Origin: a virus
Taxonomy: Duplodnaviria; Caudoviricetes
Virus record (IMG/VR): IMGVR_UViG_3300030329_003528
Location: 1-35,455 of that record
Reading direction: 5' to 3' (one strand)
Length of the DNA: 35,455 nucleotides
Under the pieces are notes generated by a model. It did not search any database. It was not told the origin of the DNA and saw only the letters and a program-made list of their open reading frames with translations. A program made the translations under genes and the position numbers. Positions 1 to 8,900 of the stretch are shown here, one piece after another (the stretch's first letter is position 1; each line of letters starts with the position of its first letter).

Positions 1-2545
1 AACTTATATAGATATATATTCCGTGTTCCCCAGATGTTAAATACCTTGAAAAAGGGGATTCGTGACCACTAACTGAACCTTCGCTTTTAATTCTAAATTC
101 AATAGTAAAATCGCCATCTAAAACATCTAAACTTGCATTGTCTGGGATACTTACATAATCATTGCTACCATCAAAATCCAATGCCCTTCCAGAGTACAAC
201 TCGCCATAGTTCAATGGGTCTACTACTCCGTGTGGAGAATGTGTATAGCCTGTATTTACAGTCGGAAGGTTCCCTAAACTTCCTTCATTAGAACCTTGCT
301 TATCTTCTATTTGTATTTCTTTTAATACAATATTTTTAATATTAACAACATTACTTGCACCTAAACTTGAAAGTTTAATATGCCCACTTGTTGCATTTGC
401 TGAACTAAAATCTATTTCATAATTAACATAAGAAGTTGTTAGGTTGCTTGTATTTGTATTGCCACTTCCATTATTAACTACCACCTGAACTCCAGCACTT
501 CCACCAGTATATTTTGCATCAAAAGTAATTTTATATCTTGAGGGAACTGTTAAGTCAGTAGTTAAACCCTTACTGTCTCTTAAATAAACATAAGCACCAC
601 TTGCGTGGTCAGCATATGTAATTTGAATACTGCTATCTACAACTGATACTGGATTGCTCCCATATGCAGACCAATTACTTGCATTAATTAAATCATCTGC
701 TAATTCACTACCAAGACTTGTACTACCCATATCATACCACGATACGAGATTGGTTTTTAGGTCTGATGTCAAGCCAGAATATTTCTCTGCAAACATCAAT
801 TTTTGGACTTGTTGTTGGGTTAATGCCGTTGACCAGATTCCTGCGTTGGCAATTTCACCAGCAAAGTATTCACCACCAGTGGATTCGTGCATACCTATTG
901 TAATAGGGTCATCATTTCCCGATGGTGATCCACCAGATACATTCGTTGTAGCAATAAGAGAGCCATCTATATAAGTATGTAAGTTTTCTTCCGAATCATC
1001 CCAAACTCCTACAATATGATACCATTGACCGACAACTAATGCATCAGCAGAATATGCCGTTCTCCAACTTCCATCATTGAAAATTGCACCAACTTTATTC
1101 GTTGTGGCTATGCCAATGCCATAATTACATTGATTTGAAGATGGGTCTTGTTTACCAATGATCCTATGATAACTTGACATACCACTATCTATTTTAATCC
1201 AAGTAGATATTGACCAAGATGCGGTTATATCAAGACTATTATCATCTGCTATGGAAATATAGTCATCACTTCCATCAAACGAAGTAGAGCCATCGGCTAA
1301 TTGAACTGCCATCTTTGGTGTTGCTATATCTTGAATCCTCGGTTTGAATGGTGATTCTCCAGAGTAGGAATCAGAGTTTGTGGTTGCACCAATTATTGAG
1401 CCTTCGTTAGAACCTTGTTTGTCCTCTGCTTGAACTTCCTTAACTGATATACTATCAATATACCAATAGTTATTTTCATAACTACCACTTGCACCACCTA
1501 TGGTAAAATATGAATAACTTGCATTTGCTGGTACATCTACCTCAAAGGCAACCCAACTATTAGTAGTTGATATTGTATATTTTGAGAATTGATTGTCTCC
1601 ACTATTGTCGTAGCCAACTTTTAAAGATGATATTGTTTGCCCACTTGGTAAATAAGCATATCCAGTTACTTTATGAGATTTGTTTGCAGTTAATGACACT
1701 CTTGAGTAATGTGTATCAGTAGCGGAATTAGCAACTGCTTTATACGAATATGTACCAGACTGTGCCTGTTCATTAGATTGCGATGAACTTGCCCTTATAT
1801 CTGAAAGCCCAGCCTTTGCACTTTCATTATCTCCATTAGTAATTAACTCACTACCTAAAGATGTGCTATCTAAATCATACCAAGATACAAGGTTGGTCAG
1901 TTCTGTATCTTTTAATTCAGAGTAAGAACCTCGCCAGTAGATAGATTCTACCTCACTTGCGGATAAGGCTCTATTCCAGATGCCGACATTTGCCATTTCT
2001 CCAGTAAACCATACTGGAGATGAGTACCCACTCCAGGCACCTATCTCAAAGTTTGCATTATTGTCTAAGTTATCTGAATCAGATGCGGTAGAACTATTTT
2101 TTACGCCATCTATCCAATTTGAAATTGTACCACTATCTCTTGAAATAACTATATGATGCCATTTTCCATCTGTTGTAGTGGTGCTGTCAGATAATATAGT
2201 ATTGCCATCTGCCGTATCTAAAATAACCCGTAAACCGTTGCTATTTAAATCAACATAAATTCCATTTAAAGCACCACCTGTATCTCGCTTCGAACAGACT
2301 AAAGCACCATTGACAGTTGATTTCAGCCAAGTTGATATAGTGAAGTCTGCTGAAAAAGCATCTATGTCACCACAGTTAATATAGTCATTAGTACCATCAA
2401 AGGATGTGCTACCATCTAATAGGAAGTCTGGGGTGGTTTCATCAAATGTGCCTGTAAAACGATAATAGAGTTTCAGCCCCTCTCTTACAAAAGGATGAAA
2501 TACTCTCCTTACAGCAGTTAGGGCTGTGCTTACACCTACGAACAT
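1..2545 (-). CDS. LamG/concanavalin-A-like lectin repeat fibre protein with inserted CBM-like domains (3' end beyond window edge)
   Basis: Not in the ORF track because it is open-ended. ATG at 2545 (MFVGVSTALTAVRR...); the segments I translated stay in this frame down to the window edge. Three LamG starts (SFDGTNDYI, SFDGSDDYI, DFDGSNDYV) and two repeats of WYD..LGSEL-[CBM-like]-EDKQGSNEG. Confidence 0.85.
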   Translation of the reverse strand, partial: MFVGVSTALTAVRRVFHPFVREGLKLYYRFTGTFDETTPDFLLDGSTSFDGTNDYINCGDIDAFSADFTISTWLKSTVNGALVCSKRDTGGALNGIYVDLNSNGLRVILDTADGNTILSDSTTTTDGKWHHIVISRDSGTISNWIDGVKNSSTASDSDNLDNNANFEIGAWSGYSSPVWFTGEMANVGIWNRALSASEVESIYWRGSYSELKDTELTNLVSWYDLDSTSLGSELITNGDNESAKAGLSDIRASSSQSNEQAQSGTYSYKAVANSATDTHYSRVSLTANKSHKVTGYAYLPSGQTISSLKVGYDNSGDNQFSKYTISTTNSWVAFEVDVPANASYSYFTIGGASGSYENNYWYIDSISVKEVQAEDKQGSNEGSIIGATTNSDSYSGESPFKPRIQDIATPKMAVQLADGSTSFDGSDDYISIADDNSLDITASWSISTWIKIDSGMSSYHRIIGKQDPSSNQCNYGIGIATTNKVGAIFNDGSWRTAYSADALVVGQWYHIVGVWDDSEENLHTYIDGSLIATTNVSGGSPSGNDDPITIGMHESTGGEYFAGEIANAGIWSTALTQQQVQKLMFAEKYSGLTSDLKTNLVSWYDMGSTSLGSELADDLINASNWSAYGSNPVSVVDSSIQITYADHASGAYVYLRDSKGLTTDLTVPSRYKITFDAKYTGGSAGVQVVVNNGSGNTNTSNLTTSYVNYEIDFSSANATSGHIKLSSLGASNVVNIKNIVLKEIQIEDKQGSNEGSLGNLPTVNTGYTHSPHGVVDPLNYGELYSGRALDFDGSNDYVSIPDNASLDVLDGDFTIEFRIKSEGSVSGHESPFSRYLTSGEHGIYIYIS

Positions 2546-2561
2546 TGTGGGTTAGCCCTAA

Positions 2562-2828
2562 TTAATATAAAAAAAGAATGTCACCAGCAGATACTGCTGA
2601 ACTTAATCCAGAGTTTGTGGCTACTTTGGTTGGTCTGATCGGGAGAATACTACCTTCCTGGCAGTTTTTAAATTGTACTGCACTTCCATTCATCTCAAAG
2701 TAATATGATCCTGTTGTGCCGATATATACTGCCTTTGGTTGCGATTGGGCAGATGTTGCAGAAATGCTAACGGCTTCGTTTACCGACCCAAGTCCTCGGA
2801 CTACGGCTATGGCTGAACCTGATCCCAT
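2562..2828 (-). CDS. Head spike base protein (RcGTA Rcc01079-like)
   Basis: AVYIGTTG...VQFKNCQEGSILPIRPTKV pattern; AAGGA RBS; directly upstream of a lectin fibre gene. Confidence 0.65.
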   Translation of the reverse strand: MGSGSAIAVVRGLGSVNEAVSISATSAQSQPKAVYIGTTGSYYFEMNGSAVQFKNCQEGSILPIRPTKVATNSGLSSAVSAGDILFLY

Positions 2829-2852
2829 GTTATTTTCCTTTTGTTTTGGGAC

Positions 2853-2886
2853 AAAAAAAGCCCCAGGTTAATTAAATCCCAGGGCT
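2853..2886 (-). terminator. Rho-independent terminator
   Basis: Minus strand AGCCCTGGG-ATTTAATTAA-CCTGGGGCT followed by a T run. Confidence 0.75.
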
Positions 2887-2896
2887 AAACAGGAGA

Positions 2897-2915
2897 TATC
2901 TGATAATATCAGATA
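2897..2915. promoter_or_regulatory. Perfect 9-1-9 palindrome, possible operator
   Basis: TATCTGATA-A-TATCAGATA; overlaps a minus-strand TGnTATTAT extended -10-like hexamer. Confidence 0.45.
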
Positions 2916-2927
2916 ACTAAACTTCTA

Positions 2928-2952
2928 AACAAACGTTAGGTAAAATCCATAC
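2928..2952 (-). promoter_or_regulatory. Late-control motif, copy 1
   Basis: Plus strand AACAAACGTTAGGTAAAATCCATAC, 23/25 identical to 25492-25516; intergenic. Confidence 0.7.
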
Positions 2953-2958
2953 CTTTTT

Positions 2959-5900
2959 TTAATAAGCGTACACTGGTCCTCCAACCTTTGGTTTTTTCTT
3001 CTTCTTTTTCTTCTTTTTGTTATCGTCAAACTTAAATCCAATGCCTTCTCTGAATGGTTTTTCTGATCCTTCTTTTATTACTTTAATTTTACTTGCTATA
3101 GATCTTTTCACTGGCTTATATGGCAATCCACCAACAACTGGCAATGGAGATTTACTTGCACCAGTTAGAAAATCGTCAATTATTGATAAGATTGTTTCGG
3201 TGTCGAAGTTCTTTTCTGAAAACATTTTTTCAAATCCCTTACCAACTTTACCCAAGTCACCAAATACATCATATACAGGTATACCAATTCCAGTGCTATA
3301 ATTCTTATTAAACCAATATCTTATCATATGTTCGATGCCTTGCCCTGCAAATAATAATCCGTAAAATGGACCAGTTAATAATGCAATGCCTTGTTCTTCA
3401 TCATCCCATTCAAAACCATTCGCAATCCAAGAAAATAATTGTGGCAATAAAATCCAAGACACAAAAATCTTTTTTATATTATCACTTTTCTTTCCTCTAC
3501 CAGCCTTTAAATTTCTTAATCCATCTGCAAACATTCTATAATACTGATTTGGAGATGTCATATACATTGTAAATAATTTCCAACCAGATCCTAACCTTTG
3601 CAATTCTGCAAGATCTTCAACATTTGATGCTTGTTGAGCCCTTAATGTGTTTGCTTCAAATTTTTTCATAGCAATTTTCTTTGCTTCTTCTCTTGTTTTT
3701 CCTTCTTTTAAAGCCTTTTTATATTCATACTTGTAATTACCCCACCCACCAATAAAAATTGCAGTCGCATCTCCTGCTTTCGTTAAGGCAAATGCTATAT
3801 TATTTAACCAATTAGTACCAGTAATCATTTTACCAGGCTTGATATTCTGTAGGGCAGATGTCATATCTCTATCAAAACCTTTATCGTATCTCATTTTCAA
3901 CTCTTCACTCTGTGATAAAGTTTTATATGCCCTTTTCCATTCAAGAATATTTAAACCTTTAAACCATTCAATAGTTGGAGTATATGCTAAATATGCTGGA
4001 ATAGATGCTAACTGCTTTATAAATACAACTTCATTTAAACCTATTGTAGCCCTTGTAACATTTATTCTCCATTTATCCATCCAATTTAAGTGCATTGCTC
4101 TATCAACCCCACCTCTGGCAATATCATCCATAAATTTATTTAAAATTCTTCTTATTTCTTTTCCGTGATGAGCCTCTATTGCTAACGATACACTGGGAGA
4201 CATAAAAACACTTCTTAATTCTCTCATTAATTGAGTGTAATGTATAAAATGCTCCATTTCAACAATATGTTTCATTAATGTTCTATCTCCATCAATCCAT
4301 GCTAAATCCTTGTTTACATTTGTTATTCTTGCTTTTAAACTTCCTGCTGAAGTCATACTACCCATTGGTGATTTTGATTTATTTAGAGTATCATCACCTT
4401 CATCTGCTCTGGCTCCAATCCTTCTCGATATAGGTGAATACATTGGATTAAATGGCATATTCACATTAAATCTTTTTCTGAAAGTTTCATTTACTCGGTG
4501 GTAATACATTGGGTAGAACTCATATAATTGCCACTCTGCCCATTCGATCATATCTTTTGGCAGTTGGTCCTCTATCTGTCTTTTGGTTTTATTAATATCC
4601 CAACCCATTTTTTCAAAGGTTGGATGCAATGTAGGATCTTTAAGTTCCATCCATTTCTTATATGCTTCATTATATGATAGTTCTGAAAATGTTTGTGAAC
4701 CATCTTCTCTATCTCTATGGTAGACTTTTATTTTTTCTATTGTATTTTTTTCAAGTCTTTTTGTCAATTCTCGTTTTAAACCAGAATCTTTCACTCCAAA
4801 TATTTCTTCGGCTTTTTCTTTAATAATTTTTTGCATTTCAACTAAACCATTATACTCTGCAATTCTTGCCTGTCTTATCATTGGCATAAAGTAATTATTA
4901 AGATAGGATTCTAATGGTTTAGATGTTTTGTCCAACCTGGATAATTTATCAAATATATATTCAATAGATTGGTTTTGACTATCATATCCAGACAACCCTT
5001 CTTTTATATCTGCGATTGATCCTTCTTTTTTTAAGTTTATTCTTTGCTCTCCTGCTTCTGATAAATCCCCTACTCCACCAGATACTATTTCTAATATTTC
5101 TTGCCTAACTTCTTTCATTCTTTCTTTGTATGCTTCCTGATCTTCGATCACTTGCATACGCCCTGCTGTAACTAACTCATCAAATTGATTTGTAGCCCTT
5201 GTTATTTCTTCTGGTGTCTTATGTTTCATAGCACCATAGGTAAGTAATAGATTTAATTGTAGAGCCTGGTCATCGGTAGGTTCCCCATCTTCACTCTTTT
5301 CCATTATCTCACCCATCAATTCTATTTTTAATTCTACATCAGCAGGAGAAAGGTCCATAATACCTTCGCCTTTTTTCTTACCTCTAATATCGTTAACAAT
5401 GTCCTGTACATCAGCACCAACCTTACCTCTGCCTATTCCACCTACCTTTTTAACAGTTGCTTTCTTTTTAACAGTCTTATTCCATTTAGCCAGGGCTGAT
5501 CGCTTGTTCACTTTATCTACAATACGGTCTATTCTTTCCAGGGCTGTGGCTAATTCTCTTGCTCGTTTTGCATCCCTTACTTTTGCCAGTAATCCAGTAA
5601 CTTCTGATTTCTTAAATAACCCTGTTGGTAGATTCTTTCTGGCATAATTGGTTACAATCTTTTGCAGTTTTGTGATTTCTTTTTCTTTCTCAACCGCACC
5701 TAATCTATATGCTCTCTTGATCCTGTCTTTTAAGTTGGACCTGGTAATAGCAAGATCCTGGATCTTCTTTAATTCTTTTTCTATAGGTGTAGGCTCATCT
5801 GTTTCTATCTGCTTGATCCTAATAATACCAAACAGGTCCATTGCAGTCTTTAATGTTTCTTCTGGGTATCCTAATCTGATTAAATCATTTTCAAAGTCTT

Positions 5901-8900
5901 TCTTGGTATAGGATTTCTTGGTTCCCTTTTGTTCCTGGTATATCTTTGCAAGTGGAGTTACCAGATTGGTAGGAGCCATTCTAAATGATATTCTGGGATC
6001 GTGTGGGTTAAATGTACCCTTGTTGAATATGGATTTAATTTGAGTAGGTTCAAATGCGACATAATATGTCGAAAATCTAATATCTTCTGGCTTATATATA
6101 ATTCCATCAAAACCTTGATTCTTTAATGTCTCTAAATTTGAATCAAATGTAGGAGATGGAGACATTACATAATCATCATATTCTTTTTCAGTAGTATATA
6201 TTTTTGGGTTTTGAATTGATAAATAAACTGGTTTGATATTCTCGCCAATAGGTTGCATACCTAAAGAATCAACTCCTTCCATAATAAATTCAGATACCAT
6301 TTTTGCATCACTAAAATATGAAGGTGTATTAAATGAGTCAAAGTCTCCTACTGTCCCGTGATAAACAACCAGGGGCTTACCATCTTTATCTTTTACCTGG
6401 GATCCTTTAAACCATTTCTTAAAAGAAGGTGAGGAAAGTACATCATCTGTAGATGTCATTTTACTGGCTCTGAATGTAGGTTGCCCTTTTAATGCAGACT
6501 CTTTCATCTTGCGAGTAATAGGTATGGATGGTTGGGCTACTGCTTGATTCCAATAATATAAATCCTCAAGTTTTTTACTGTCTGGATTATATATATCTGT
6601 CATAATCTGTACCTGGTCCACCTTTGCACCAAACTTCTTACCCATCTTGTTTAAGATCTTCTTAATAGCAGAGTCGTATATAGTTTTAAATCCCTGTCCT
6701 CCTATAGTAAGGTTATTACCTTCTATGACTCCTGTTCTATCTTCACTGTTTCGGATCTGGGTAGCCATCTGTTTACCCAGCAATCCTTCCAGGGTAACCT
6801 TCTGACCATTGATGGTTGTTTCACCTTCCAATGGAATAGTTTGGTTGAATACGCTTTCATTCTTTTTTAATCCATTTACAATAACAGAATCAGCCAATCT
6901 AAAATCGCTTGTAATAGAACCTGTTTTCTGCCAAGAGATCTGGTCTACATTCTTTCTTAAATCATTGTTCCATCTTTCAATCTGTTGGTTAGATGTGGTC
7001 CAGGCAATACGATCAAAGTTGTTTTCACTGGCATAGCGTAGCATTCTTTTCATTATCAGTTCTATCCAGCCATTGTTTTTGAATGGAGCATCAGGGACAC
7101 CTCTTCTATTGAGACTTCTTAAAGCACTCCCTTTTGCCTGTGCTATTGCAACATCTTTTTTTAGTGACTGCCCCAACCATCGTGTTGATATTTTAGGAAC
7201 CCTTGCCCTCCAGGCGATCCGATCATCTAAAAACCTTTCTTCAGTTTCGATAGTATATTCTGGTGGTAATTCTTTTATTTCTTTTTTTGGTTTATACCCT
7301 TCCTCCCGACCTTTTGTGTGCCAGTCAGACTGCAACTCCTCTATGAATAAAACCTTCTCTCCTGTGGGTGATCTGCGAGTATTAAAGCGTACATGAGCCA
7401 GTATATTCGGTTCCTCGTAGTGACCTGTTAAAAATTCTTCAGAAGTCAATGGTCTTTTTGGCAATGTCAGCAACAATTCACGATAATCTTCTTTTTCTCC
7501 TGGGAGTTGGTACATTGAGTGTTTAGTTGCAGAAGTTGATAGATTTCCTATAATATTTTTAACACCATCTACTCCAGGTGCAACATCAGTTATGTTTCTT
7601 TGTACTACATTACCAAAATTGTAACCTGATCCAAATTCATGGGGCTCAATAGTATATAATGATAAACCATCTATTTCATCTACCAACGATACATATTCTT
7701 TGTCACCTGCTTTATAATATTTGAAATTTGTCCATATTCCATCTGCAATAAATATAGAAATTTCCTCATCATAATCTAAAGTGTTCATTGGTTCTAAATC
7801 AGGATCGGCTGGATCAGGTACTTCAAACATCTTAATAAATTCATCTTTGGATAAGGATTTTTCTTCATCCACTGTAAAAGACTCACCCAACATCACATCT
7901 TCAACTTCAATCTTATTTGCCTGAATCCATTCCTGGAGTTCTTCTTTGGTGACTTTTTGCTTACCCTTTAATAAGGTTTCCAAGTCTAACCATTCTATTT
8001 CTGGAGAATTATTTGCAGATTTTTTTAACCAGTTAATAACAGACTGGCTTTTCATTGTGGGAGGGAATTGTTCGGTAACTACTCGTTCTGCTTTAGAGTA
8101 GAAGGTAGGGGCTAATCTATAAGAAGGCTTGGGTTTAGCCTTGAGTTGTTTTAGGAGTCGGTCTCTGTCTGCTTTACGCTTGTAGAAATCTGGTAAAAAC
8201 TTGGAGACTGCTTTTGGGAGACCAGAGTTGGTCTTACTTTGGTAGTCTTGGATAATTCCAATAAACGCTTCTCGAGCCTTTTTTCTGCTGGACTCATTTG
8301 TAAGGAATTGGAACTCGCCTTTTTGTTTTGTGTATTCTTTTGCATTGTATTCATCCGCTATAGCGTTAATTAAGTTATTATTTAAATCGCCCATATCCCA
8401 CAATAAAATATCTTGCTGATTACCTCTGATTCTTATTGTTTTGTTTGGGATTCTATTTTTTTGCATTATTTTTTTCAAACCTATTAAATCAGTTTGATCA
8501 ATAGTTATTTTTAATAAAGAATGTGGACCATCTTCACTACCTATAAAATTGGTAACATCTATTTGGTTAAACATTAATCCAATTAAAGCACCACGATAAT
8601 TAAGTAATTCCTGGTCTTGCTTACCGAAAAACCTACTTACCAGTGCTGATTCATCACCATATTCTTCTGTAAAACCAACTGAACTTCTGGTTGCTGTTCC
8701 TAATCCTAATTCTTCATCAACTTGAGATGTGAACTGTCTTGCCTTAAACTGCCTTTCTCCTTCTGCCCTTTCTACTGCTTGTTCAGGTGTTGTATCTTCG
8801 GTTTCTCGGCTAAAAAACTGAAAGTCTGGGTTAGGTGTCCCTGTAAACACATCTTTGCCAGTTTGAGCCATTTCTACTAATTGTTTTGCAATATTACTTT

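Noticed and set aside
654-974. Plus-strand ORFs 654-974 and 718-903, and the many other plus-strand ORFs up to 30893
   Set aside because: Antisense shadows of long minus-strand genes; no RBS or protein-like motifs noticed.
280-1440. Similar DNA near 285-312 and 1401-1432 as a DGR template/variable pair
   Set aside because: Short in-frame protein repeat (EDKQGSNEG) with mostly synonymous, not adenine-specific, differences; no RT.
2846-2853. TTGGGACA matching the integrase arm motif
   Set aside because: Single 8-mer far from attP; compatible with chance.
2959-3020. Poly-Lys/low-complexity tract as a slippage or phase-variation site
   Set aside because: Mixed AAG/AAA codons encode a basic C-terminal tail; no long homopolymer or useful alternative frame.
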